Under the pieces are notes generated by a model. It worked only from the letters and a program-made list of their open reading frames with translations, was not told the DNA's origin and did not search any database. Shown piece by piece: positions 10,969-23,900 of a DNA stretch of 64,000 bases (position 1 is its first letter; the number at the start of each line of letters is the position of its first letter). The DNA comes from Leucoraja ocellata (lineage: Eukaryota). The stretch is taken from positions 7,688,001-7,752,000 of the forward strand of contig JAWMAR010000085.1 of the NCBI GenBank assembly GCA_036785375.1, in the 5' to 3' direction. Made by a program: the position numbers and the translations under genes.

Positions 10969-13900
10969 TGTGGTAGAACTGCTGCCTCTCAGCGCTGGAG
11001 ACCCGGGTTCGATCCTGACCTCAGGTGCTAACTGTGTGGAGTTTGCATGTTCTCGCTGTGACCTTGTGGGTTTCCTCCGGGTGCTCCAGTTTCCTCCCTA
11101 TCCCACAGACGTGTGAGTTTGTCGATTAATTGGCCTCTGTAAATTGTTCCTAGCATGTAGGGAGTGGATGAGAAAGTGGGATAACAGAGTTAGTGTGAAT
11201 GGGTGATCGATGGTTAGAGTGGGCTGAAGTGCCTGTTTCCATGCTGTATCTTTTGATCAATCAAACATTCCTCCAACAGTTGTCATTTGTGGCTTGTGAA
11301 AGTTTTTGGGGGTATTTAACTAAGTTAAAGACACTATAAATGCAAATTGCTATTATGACACATTAATTTAAATAATCATCATCTTTGCTCAATTGTATAA
11401 TGGTAAATGATTAGGATATGCAAAATTTTGGGGCTAAATTTGCATAACATGCCATTTATGTATAATTACATATCAGATCACTTAACATCTGAATGTGCAA
11501 AAGATGTTATGATATTTACACTTCATTACCACTTGATCCTGCAAAAATATAAAACTGATCGAAAAACCCCTCCTGTGGCTGCTTCCGTTAAAATAAAGAT
11601 AATTTAATGATAACTGATCCACTCAGATAGATTCTGACCATTACGCTGATATTAGGAATTCCTTTATTGCAATACCATAGAACAGTACAACACATGAACA
11701 GGCCCTTCGGCCCACAATGCCTGTACTCAACATGATGTCTCATTAAACTAATCTCTGCCTGCACGTGTTCCATATCTCTCCATTCCCTGCATATCCATGT
11801 GCATATCCAAAAGTCTCCGAAACACCACTATTGTATCTGCCTCCACCACCACCCCTGGAAGCATGTTCCACGCACCCACCACTGTCTGTATATTAAAAAA
11901 AAGTAATTGCCACACATATCTCCTTTAAACTTTGCCCCTCTTATCTTAAAGCTATGCCCTCTCGTCTTTGACATTTCTACCCCGGTAAAAAAGCTTTGAC
12001 TATCTGCCTTTATCCATGCCTCTCATCACATTATATACTTCCATCAGGTCTCCCCTCAACCTCCCACACTCCAGAGAAAGCAATCCAACGTCTCCTTGTA
12101 GCTAACCCAGGCAGTATTCAGGTTAGACTTTACTTCAGACTTTAGAGATACAGCGCGGAAACCGGTCCACCGAGTCCGCGCCGACTAGCAGTCACCCCGT
12201 ACACTAGCCCTACATACTAGGGACAATTTACAGAAGCCAATTAACCTGCAGACCTGCATGTCTTTGGAGTGTGGGGGGAAACCGGAGTACCCGGAGAAAA
12301 CCCACACAGTCGAGGAGAACATACAAACTCCGCACAGACAACATCCGTAGTCTGGATTGAACCTGCGTCTCTGGTGCTGTAAGGCAACAACTCGACCACT
12401 GTACTACTGTACCACCTGTTTTGTTAGTCTCTTCTGGACCCTCTCCTACACACTCGGACAATTTACAGAAGCCAATTAACTTACAACCCAGCACGCCTTC
12501 AGGATGTGTGAGGAACCCCTCAAGGTCACAGGGAGAACGGGCAAACTCCGCACACAGACCACATCCGAGGTCAGGATCGAACCTGGGCCTCTGCTGCTGT
12601 AAGGCAGCAACTCTACTGCTGCGCCATTGTGCCGCACAACAGATATGTAAACATAGGCACAAAATGCTGGAGTAACTCAGTGGGTCAGGCAGCATCTTTG
12701 GAGAAAACGGATAGGATGACTATTCTTTCAAAGGGCCCCAGTCTATCCACATTCTCCAGCGATACTGCCTGACCCACTGAGTTACTCCAGTACTTTGTAT
12801 CTATCTTTGGTATAAACCAACATCTGCAGTTCCTTTTTATTACAAGCTGTCCCTGAATCGGGACGTTTCACGTTTCAGGCTCCTCTACCTTCTTCCCAAT
12901 GGCAGGGGTGAAATGAGAGTGTGGCCCCCGTAACCCTCTTTATGAGGCAGCAACTCCTCAATTGTGATTTCTGGACTACTTTATATGAATAATATTGACA
13001 GTGTGGGGATCATATAGTCAAGCTGCTGCTCTTGTTCAGAGCACTGGATGATCTACACTTTCTCACGATCGGGTTAGGAATGATAAATAACACAAATGGC
13101 TTTTGCCGTGGTAATCGGAATTAGTCAAATGCTGGTTGCATGAAATCCAGTCAGCTGGTTGCTATGGTGAGCAACAACTGGCAGCAGCTGGGAAGACGGT
13201 CAAGAGAGCTTATAGTTGTCATATACACCGGCCGGATATGAAGCAGAGCAATGACATCCTTACTTGCCGCAGCTTCACAAGCACATTAGATGTAACAAAC
13301 AGCAACGATAAATGTGCAATAAATGATCAGTTTTTCAAAGTAAACTAAATCATGAAAGTGCAAGGATCAAAGTATATAGAGTAACCATTGTAGTGCAAAG
13401 TTATTTGTGTTGAGTTTGGATTGTGTTGGGTTGTGTAAGGTTGATTCAGATTCAGATTCAATTTAATTGTCATTGTCAGTGTACAGTACAGAGACAACGA
13501 AATGCATTTTCTTGAATGCATTTTGATGCTGTTCTTGAACCTGATGGTCATGGTTCTCGGACTCCTGTACCTTCTTCCTCTTGGTAGCAGCGAGCAGAGA
13601 GGGTGGTCATGGTGGTGTGAGTCCTTGCTATCAGCTGCCATCTTGAGGCAGCATTTGCTGCAGTTCCTTTCATAAGTTCACAAGTTATAGGAGCAGAATT
13701 AGGCCATTCGGCCCATCCAGTCTACTCCGCCTTGCAATCATGGCTGATCTATCATTTCCTCTCAAGCCCATTCTCCTGCCTTCTCCCCGTAACTCCCGCA
13801 TTCTAGTCCTTGGAAATAAATGCTAGCATTGCATTTGCCTTCCTTACTACCGATTCGACTTGCAAATTAACTTATTGGGAATCCTGCACCTGCATTTTCC

Positions 13901-16879
13901 AAGTCCCTTTGCACCTCCGATTTCTGAATTCTCTCCCCATTTGGAAAATAGTCTTTGATGGTACCTGTGATGGACCGGGCAATGGTGAGCACTTTCTGCA
14001 ACCTCCTTCGTTGCTGAACTTGGTGATGCAACCAGCCAGTATGCTCCCTGCCTGTACCCTTGCAGAAGTTTGAAAGACATGCCGAATCTCCTCAAACCTC
14101 TGAGGAAGTAGGGGCATTGGTGAGCGTTCTTCATGATCGCATCAATGTGCTTGGCCCAGGACAGATCATTGTAGATGCGTCTCTATAAGGATCACTCCTC
14201 AGCCTCCTGCGCGCCAAGGAATAAAGTCCTAGCCTGCTCAACATCTCTATATAGCTTCGACCTTCAAATCCTGGAAACATCCTGGTAAATCTCCTCTGCA
14301 CCCATTCCACCTGTAACATGATGACCAAAACTGAACACAATACTAAATATACAATTGTACAACTGTAACATGACTTCCCAACTTCTATACTTGAGTCCTG
14401 ACAACACCTTCGTAAACTAGTGATTCATGATTCCATAACTCTTGCTGCAGTGTGGTGTACAAACCCTCTCTTTTTCAGTGAGAATATTGAACGTGTGGTG
14501 TGAAATTTACCCTTCCTACCTTGGGTTGTAGCTTTGTTGATTGTGCCAGTAATTCCTGACTTGCTGTGATCTTTTCCCTCTTGGTACTTGAACATCGACT
14601 ACAAAAGAGCAAGACCCAGTGGCAGCTAAAGGTTAATGTAATATTAAAGCTGTCATTTTGCAGGTTTAATAAAAGTCCACGACTTGTGCTGAAATAACTC
14701 ATCCCCAAATTGAAATTTTGCAATCAAAAAATACACCTGCCAACTCCCCAGCCACTTGGTTCGTGTAGGAAATATTGTGGCAATAAGCAGATAATGAAGA
14801 ACCATTGGAAAACCCTTCAGTAGCATTTCTTTTCTTTTGCAATGCAATGACTGTTCTCTCTTAGTTGGTGGTAACAGAAATAGCATCACTGTTCACTCAT
14901 TCTGTTGAAGGTGGGTGTATTTCAAAGCATGCAGTTAAGCTGGACAGGGTGCAGAGAAGATTTACAATGATGTTGCCAGGACTTGAGGGCCTGAGCTACA
15001 AAGAAAGTTTGGGCAGGCAAGGTCTCTATTCCCTGGAGAGCAAGAGGCTGAGCAGTGAACTTTAGTGGTGTACAAAGTCATGAGGGGAATACATAGATTG
15101 AATGCACAATCTTTTACCCAGGGTAGAGGAATCAAGAACCAGAGAATAGGTTTAAGATAAGCGGGGAAAGAGTTAAAAGGAAGCTGAGGGTTGATCTTTC
15201 CACACAGAGGGTGATGGATATATGGAACGAGATGCCAGAGGAAGTAGTTGAGGCAGGTACTATAACAATATTTAAAAGTTACGTGGATAGGAACATGGAT
15301 AGAACAGGTTTAGAGGGATTTGGACTAAATGCCAGCAAATGAGACTAGCTTTGATGCTCTATTCATTGAATTTGAAAGCTTATCATCAATAAAGATCAAT
15401 GCTTTTCACTAAACCTTTATCAACAGAAATAATAACTCAATTCCTAGAAAAATAAACTTACGTTATGGATTAAGATCATTAAAATCATACATCATATAAA
15501 ATCTGAATTGATTCATTAAAAATCTAAATTTCAAGTTCAATGTGATTTATTTTAATTGCAATCAATAAACACATCTGTATTTTTTGTAGTTTGATTAATA
15601 ACACTGTTTTCTAAGGAAAATGTTACCAGATGGTGCACATGAATATATGTGAGCATTTGTTTTAGCTACACTGTAGGTACAGTAAGTATTATCTAACTTT
15701 CGGTCCTTGCCTGAAGAAATGTTGTGTCTAAAGAAAATTTGAAATCAAAGGTGGTTAAAGTTCGAATTGTATTCAAAGCATTTATTCAGAGGTCAAATCA
15801 CAAAGTGTTGGAGGAAGGAAGCGGGTCAGGCAGCATCTGTGGAAGCAATGGACCATTGACGTTGCGGGTCAGGACCATTCTTCGAATCTGAGTCGTGATT
15901 AGCAACGTTGCCTGTTCATTCCCTCCACAGATGCTGCCTGCCCCACTGAATTGATAAGTTCAGAAATCATAGGAGCAGAGTTAGGCCATTTGGCCCATCG
16001 CGTCTCCGCCATTCAATCATGGCTGATCCATCTTTCCCTCTCAACTCCATTGCCTCGTCTTCTCCCTCTAACGTTTTGCCGCCCTTACTAATCAAGAACC
16101 AGTCAATCTCTGCTTTAAAAATACCCAAGGACTTGGCCTCCACAGCCATCTGTGGCAAAGATTTCCACAGATTCACACACTCTGGCTAAAGAAATTCCTC
16201 CTCATCTCCTTTCTAAAACTTCCTCCAGCACTTTGAGTTTTGCTCAAGATTTCTAGCATCTGCAGTCCTTCCCATCTCCATTTATTTTGCGGAATGTCTT
16301 CTTGAAAACACGACGCATTGAACTGCAAAATCCATTTCCAAGCTGTGTTAATACTGTGAAGGTATCATAGCAACATCTCATCTCAAAAGTGTGATGGCCA
16401 ATTTTACCACCGCTCTGTGCATTCACTGCATAATTGCGCGGAGCCAAAGCACAATTTATTCAGAGTGCCTGGGCGCTTAATTGCAGTTTATAAATACCAA
16501 TAAAGTTGGCAAAGTTTCCAACAATTTCTACTTTTATTTCTGATTTCCAGCAACTTCAATTTGTTCGAGAAACAAGGAACTACAGATGGTGGATTAGAAA
16601 AAAATACCCACAAAGTGCTGGAAGAACTTTACAGGTTAGGCAGCATCTCTGGAGAACATGGATAAGTGACGTTTTGGGTCAGGGACCTTCTACAGACTGA
16701 AGGAGATGGGTCTGAAGCCGGATAGCCAAAACATTGACTATCTGTATTCTCCAGAGATGTTGCCTGTCTATTGAGTTACTCCCCAACTTGGTGTCTTTAC
16801 CTTCAGTTTGTCAGTTTGCTTAACATAGAACTGGCCCTAGGGCCCACTATGTCTGTGCCGAACATGATGCCAAGACTAA

Positions 16880-17585
16880 AGGGGCTGTCCCACTGCGGCG
16901 ACCTAATCTGTGAGTTTAGACGAGTTTGCCCTCAACTCAAACTCGCAGCATGGTCGACACGAGGTCCTAGGAGGTCCTATGAGGTCACTGGAACTCTCCT
17001 TCATGCTCGAGGGAAGTTCCTGAATACTCATGGCCTCAGCTAGGTCGCGGAGAATTTCTCAGCTGGTTGAAATTTTTTCCGCGAGTACAATTTGGTCGGC
17101 ATGGTTCTTTTTGACTCGTAGTGCAGTGGAGTGGGGTCACTATTTAGTTACAGGCAGTCGAGGGCAGCCGTAGGCAACCTCCTTCGCTGACTGGGCATTT
17201 TGATTGGCTCATTAGAGTTATCAGGACCAGGGAAAACCGACCAGTAGGTAAAATGCCCGCTAAACTTTATTATACTTCGTAAAAGTGTCTCCATTCCTTC
17301 TCCCCACCCCCCACCCCCCCCCCTCCGCGCTCTCTAACGGACATACCGTACATTGTGGCAGCCGTCTTTAATCTTCCTGTTCATCGCGTGTGTGAATTTC
17401 AGATAGAGCTCCCCCGCGTTCCCTGGCCCCCGCCTTTGCGATGTGTGTGTGTGTGTGTGTGCGCTCGCGGTTTCAACGCGGACGGTCGATCCAGCTCGAG
17501 GTTTTCAGGTGAGTGCCCTCGAGCTTGAAGGTCGAAGGCACTCTTCTTAACTCACGGATTAGGTCACCGCAGTGGGACAGCCCCT
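16880..17585. mobile_element. PIF/Harbinger-type MITE
   Basis: 37-bp TIR AGGGGCTGTCCCACTGCGG.GACCTAATC.GTGAGTT (2 mismatches), TAA TSD (16877-79, 17586-88), inserted in a CR1 tail. Confidence 0.88.
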
Positions 17586-19580
17586 TAACTCTTATCTGCC
17601 AGCACATGATCCATATCCCTCCACTCCCTGCCTGTGCCTAACTAAAAGCCTCTTAAACACTACTAAACTATCTGCTTCCACCATCTTATCTGCAGCACAT
17701 GCCAGGCACCCATCACCCTCTGCATTAAAAAAAACTTGTATCATTCATCTCCTTCTAGTCTTTGATATTTCCACATTGGGGCAAATGGTTCTGACTGTCT
17801 ACCGTATCTATTCCACTCCTCATATTATAGACTTCTATCAGGTCTCCCCTTAGCCTTTGAAGCTCAGGAGAAAACAATCCAAGTTTGTCCAACCTCTCCC
17901 TGTAGGTAATACACTCTGATCCAGGCAGTATTCTGGTACATCTCTTCTGCATCCTCGCCAAAGCCTCTACATCCTTCCACTATTTGGGCGACCAGAACTG
18001 TACGCAATACTCCAAATGCAGCCTAACCCAAAGTTCTATAAAGCTGCAAGTTTAGGGAGGTCTAAAAAGGTTTGGGTTTTGTTTATTATTATCTCTCCCT
18101 CCGGCCCTCCGGAGAAAACAATCTAACTTTGTCTGAAGAAGGGTCTCGATCCAAAACGTCACCCATTCCTTCTCTCCGGAGCTGCTGCCTGTCCCGCTGA
18201 GTTACTCCAGCATTTTGTATCTAACTTTGCCTAACCTCTCCCTGTAACCCCGGAAGACCCTGTATTTGAATTGGTTTAAAGGATTCGTTTTTGATGTGTA
18301 GTTGCAGGTGGAAGTCAAGGACATGAATCGCTGTTCCATAATCTAACTAGAGGGGTACAGGCAACTGCATTGAACATCAGCCTATGAAATAATTCTTTGT
18401 TTTTCTCCTTTTCTTTGGACTTTCTGTTACACTTTCAGTTGAACCTTCCTAAAAGTAATGGGGATATAGGGGCAGAGCGATTGGGGTGGCACAGTGGCGG
18501 ACTGGTAGAGTTGCCAGTTCGATTCTGACTACAGGTGCTGTCTGTACAGAGTTTGTACATTCTCCCTGTGACCCCGTGGGTTTTCTCCGGGTGTCCCGGT
18601 TTCCTCCCACATCCCAAAGACATGCAGGTTTGTAGGTTAATTGGCTTCTGTAAATCATCAATTGTCCATATTGTGTAGGGTAGTGCTGGTGCAAGGGATG
18701 ATCTCTGGTCAGAGTGGACAAGATGGGCCGAAGGGCCTGTTTCTAAGCTGTGCCTCTACACTAAACTAAAAATTATGGTGATAGCACAAAATGCTGCAAT
18801 AACTCAGTGGGTCAAGGTCTCTGGAGAAAAGTGACGTTTTGGGGAGGGACTTTTCTTCAGACTGAGAGTCAGGGGAGAGGAAAACTAGAGGTGTGAATAG
18901 ACAGAACAAACAACCATAAAAATGATGGTGGGCAGAATGTGTGGGACGTATCTTTCACTTCCACTTCATCTCTGAATGTTTCTGTCTCTGAAGATCCAGT
19001 CACGTCCTCCATTGTTGACCTTGAGATGATCGGCATGAAGGACTTGGGTGTGTGATGTGGGTTGAATTACACAATGTTTGTCAGCTCTCTCCTTTGAAAT
19101 GGGGCCTTATCTCAACGTTATTTCAGACAAAGGTCTGAAGTCACATTGTGCATGATGCACCTCCAGTAAATGATTTAGACTTTAGAGATATAGGAAACGG
19201 GACATTTGGCCTGCCGAATCCAAGCCGACCAACGATCCCCACACCCGAGCACCATCATATACACTGGGCACAATTTACACTTTTACCCAAACCAATTAAC
19301 CCTCAAACCTGCATGTATTTGTAATGAGAGATGAAACCAGTGCACCCAAAGAAAACCCACACAGTCACATGGAGAACGTACAAACTCCGTACAGACAGCA
19401 CCGATAGTCAGGATCGAACATGGGCCCCTGACGGTGTGAGGCAGCAACTCTACCGCAGCGCCACTGTGCTGCCCATTTGTGTGCTGTGCTATCTGTGTTA
19501 GGTTTAGGTTTATTATTGCCATGTGTACTGAGGTACAGTGAAAAGCTTTGTTTTGCATGCTATCCAATCAAATCAGATAT

Positions 19581-19930
19581 ACAGGTCCACCACCGATTTT
19601 CCGGCAACTGGGGATCCGGCAACTCCTTTACTCCGGATAAAATTGTTGGAGAGCACTTGAAATTCTCCCCAGAAGTCCCCTCGAAAATATGGCACACTGG
19701 CCAGGTGAGGCGGTCGACCTCATCGGGATATCCGCGTGCGATCGGCTGGTTGAATCCTGCGAGCGGGGCTCTGGAACTCCGGCCTGGCTGGAGCCTGCAG
19801 ATCCAGTCCCATTGCTGATTTCCGGGGTCAACTGAGGCAGAGCATTCCGTCACCGTTGGACTACTCTTGGTGATCTCTGTTTGTCCGGAAAAATTGATAA
19901 TCTGGCAAGGCTAGGAACCAAGAGGGCCAT
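19581..19930. mobile_element. Possible Tc1/pogo-like MITE (one end recognisable)
   Basis: Begins TA|CAGGTCCACCACCGATTTTCCGG, contains repeated TCCGG motifs and interrupts a Rex-like tail. The second TIR is not clear. Confidence 0.4.
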
Positions 19931-19934
19931 AAAA

Positions 19935-20400
19935 TTAAGCCAAACTCAAGTACAATAGGTAGAGCAGAGGGGAAGATACAGAGTGCAGAATATAGTTCTC
20001 AGCATTGTAGCGCATCACTTCCAGAGACAAAGTCCAATGTTCGCAATATGGTAGAGGTGAATCGGATAGTACCCTAGCTTATGGAAGGACTGTTCAGATG
20101 CCTGATGACAGAAGGGCAGCAGGTGTTCTTGAGTCTGGTGGTGCGCGCTTTCAAGCTTCTGTACCATCTGCTCGATGGGAGCGGGGAGAAGAAGATATGA
20201 CCAGTGTGGGACAAGCCTTGGATTATGTTGGCTGCTTTTCTGAGGCAGTGTGAAGTGTAGATGGAGTCAGTGGTGGGGGGAGCCTGGTCTGTGTGATGGA
20301 CTGGACTAAAATCTCTGCAATTCCTTGCAGTCTTGGACAGTACTGTTCCCAAACCAAGCCGCCATACAATCCGACTAAATGCTTTCTACAGTGCATCACT
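19935..20400 (-). mobile_element. Rex1/Babar-like LINE 3' fragment. Others at ~112-320, 1945-2100(+), 13444-13670, 13960-14175, 36150-36530, 63290-63680
   Basis: C-terminal motifs RWYRSLKARTTRLKN..P..IR.LN, RRYRSPRTMTIRFKNS and YFLRGLRRFGMS; tails ending TGACAATAAA plus short tandem repeats. Confidence 0.7.
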
Positions 20401-20927
20401 GCTACAAAGACAAATTTCACTCCAGGCACTATTAAGTTGTTCTAATTTGTTATGGTCCAATGCATTGAATTGAGATCTGCATCATGTATATTATACAGAG
20501 CTTGGACAGGTTTACAGCACTTTGATCTGCAGTGGCATTTCCAACACTCCTTGTTTTCTTTATCCTTCTGCCTCAGCAACCAGAAGATTATTGGTTTACA
20601 GCCCAATCTTTAAATCAATTCTCAGTAAGTGTTGCATTATTAGAGATGCAGAACTCCCTTTATCTAATCCATGGGATAACATAGAACCACTGTGAACGGG
20701 CTATCGATGGTCAGCATAGACTCGGTGGGCTAAGGGTCTATTTCTATGCTGTATTTTATGATCAATCACTCAGTCATCTGGGGCGAACACTTAACAGGAA
20801 CAAGCCGGCTATTTTACACCTTGGCACCCTGGACAAGGATAGCCGACACTAACGTTTAAAACAAAAGACACAAAGTGCTGGAGTAACTCAGCGGGTCAAG
20901 CAGCATCTCTGGAGAACATGGATAGGT

Positions 20928-20955
20928 GACGTTTCGGGTCGGGATCCTTCCTCAG
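20928..20955 (-). ncRNA. Minimal hammerhead ribozyme motif in a Penelope terminus
   Basis: Minus strand reads CUGAGGA-A-GGAUCCCGACCC-GAAA-CG-UC: both core boxes, a stem II with one mismatch, palindromic ACGU mini stem III and a GUC cleavage triplet. Stem I is weak. Confidence 0.65.
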
Positions 20956-23900
20956 ACTCTTTAAAAGGTTTGAGTGAGGGGGTGTTTAAATGGCAGCTGA
21001 TTGCTGGCAAGATGTGTGAGAGTGGGTGAGTGTGTGTGTGTGAAAGAGTGGGTGAGTGTGTGGGAGAGAGAGAGCGCATGCGATTCCCGATCCAAAACGT
21101 CACTTAGCCAGAGGAAGGAATGTGAGGGGAGGGGAGAATTGGGTGCGAGTCTAGGTGGGGCCCAAGGGAGGTGGGGGATGTTGTGAAGAAAGGGTGGGGA
21201 ATGAATATTAATTAACGTTATTTATGTCATTTACTTTGGCACCTTATTCTGTCACATTAATATGTGGTCTAGATTAGATTAGACTAGATTCAATTTATTT
21301 GTCATTTGGACCCCTTGAGGTCCAAACGAAATGACGTTTCTGCAGCCATACATTACAAACAAATAGACCCGAGACACAACATAATTTATATAAAACATCC
21401 ATCACATTGCTGTGATGGAAGGCCAAAAAACTTATCTCTCCACTGTCTGAACTTCAGGTTAAGAGAACATCAGAGTAAAATGATTAGAGTCATGGAGGTG
21501 TACCTTGTCAATGGTTGACATACTGGGCTGTTCCCATTTGCCTGCATTTGGTCCATAGCCCACTAAACCCTTCCTATCTCCATATCGGTCCAAATGTTTT
21601 TTAAACATAATTGTATCTGCTAATCATAAGAGCAGATTTGGACCATTAGAGCCATCAAGTCTGTTCCACCATTAGATCGTGGCAGATCTATCTTTCCCTC
21701 ACAACCCTATTCTCCTGCTTTCTCCCTGTAACCTTACTAAACAAGAAATCAATCTCAGCTTTAAAAACATCCAATGAATTGGCCTCTACTGTCAACTGTG
21801 TCAATGAATCCCACAGATTCACAATCCTTTAACTAAAGAAATTCCTCCTCCTCTCCATTCTCCATCCTTTTATTCTGAGGCTGTGCCCTCTAGTCCTAGA
21901 CTCTTCCACTACTGAAAATATTCTTTCCACATTCATTATCCATGCCTTTCATTATTTGGTAGGTTTATGCTCTTCTGAAGCTCTGGTAGCTCATTCCAGA
22001 TACAGAGTTCCCTCTGAATGAAAGAGTTGCTACTAGAGTTACCTCTCTTAAAACTCTCCCCTTAAGCCTGTGTCCTCCAGTTTTAGAATCCTTCAACCTG
22101 GGGAAAAAGTCTGTGAGCATCTTCCTTTTAATAGAGTTATTCAGCACAGACATATATGGCCATTCGGCCCAACTTGTCTATGCCAATCAAAATGCCTCAT
22201 ATACACTAGTGTCACCTAAGCCCCAGCCTATGCAACTTCTCCCTGTAACTCAAAGCTGCAAGCCCAGGTAACATCCTGGTGAATCTTCTCTGCGCCTATT
22301 TCAAGATGAGGGAGGAACAGAGAATATGAGCACAAGGACACAAAGTGCTGGAGTAACTCAGCGGGGCCAGGCAACATCTCTGGGGGACATCTCGAGTCGG
22401 AACCCTTCTCCAAATCATCAACAACGATTTGTTCAGAGTGAGAATTTCCTAGCAATAGCCGAGAAGCTACTTTTTCTCAAACAGAACTGGAATGTAAATT
22501 TGAATGTTAACTGTGTTAAGGCAGGAAGCTCGGCAGCTAATTGTTGAGTTGACTGCAGGCTAAATATTAATTAATTACTGTTTTAGAAGCAATAGGCGCA
22601 AAATTAGATTTAGAACTGCAGACATTTGATTACATGGTGTACTGAGAATAGGTCGTTCACTATTTTGATTAACATATCATCAAAAACCATGTGTTGGATT
22701 AGATGGAATAGATGGGTAACGTGAACTGAAAGTAAACGTGGGTTATTTTCCCGCTTGGTAAAATAAGGACAATTTCAATTATTTTATTACCCTCCAGGCA
22801 TTAATGCTTCAGAGATTGCAGATTGATCTATCAATCACATTTCTGCCTGAGTATTGTCATGGTGCTTTTTGTGATCAAGTACCTTACCTTAATAGTCACA
22901 CAGCGCAGAAATACAATCCTTCGGCACAACTTGTCCATGCCAACCAAGATGTCCCAAATACATTTGTGCCATCTTCCTGCGTTTGGCCCATATCTCTTTC
23001 CTATCCATGTTCCTGTCCAAAATGTCTTATACATGCTGTTGCAGTACCTGCCTCAACTACTTCCTCTGGCAGCTCGTTCCATGTACCCACCGTCCTCTGT
23101 GTGAAAAAGTTGCCCTTCAGGTTCATATTAAATCTTTCCCCGATCACCTTAAACCTATGTCCTCTGGTTCTTGATTCCCCTACACTGGAAGAAATTCTCA
23201 GTATTGGCTGGGCGATTAATTTATTCCCTAACCTTTGATTGTTTCTCATTGTTCTTTTTGCACGACCATTGATAATAGGTGACATTTCACATCAGGACGC
23301 TTGGTCAGACTGGTTTAGTTTTTTTTATTAACTTACTTTTTTCCTGGTGGCAATTTTATCTTTATTAGTTTATTTAATATTGTAACATTGCATTACCATA
23401 AGAATAAGGAGACAAAATTAAGAAACTTATTACAAGCTTCGATTCTACATTCAGGAGATTAATAGACACAGCGAACAGAAATTCCACACTCAGAAAATAT
23501 TCCCATCAACATTTAGCATGTTTAGAGTGGCACAGTGACGTAGCTGGTAGAGCTGCTACCTCACATTACCAGAGACCCAGGTTCGATCCTGACCTCGGGT
23601 GCTTTCTGTGTGTGGAATTTGCACGTTCACCCTGGGACCGTGTGGGTTTCCACCAGGTGTTCTGGTTTCCTCCCACATCTCAAAGTCATGTAGGTTAATT
23701 GGCCCTCTGTAAATTGCCCCCTAGTGTGTAGGGAGTGGATGAGAAAATGGGATAACATAGAACTGGTGTGAATAGGTGATCGATGGTCGGCATTGACTCC
23801 GTGGGCTGAAGGCCCTGTTACCATGCGGTATCTTTCAATCTAAGTCAAAACGATCCTTTACACCAGTTGCTTATTCTTTGATGGATGCAAATTGCTGGAG

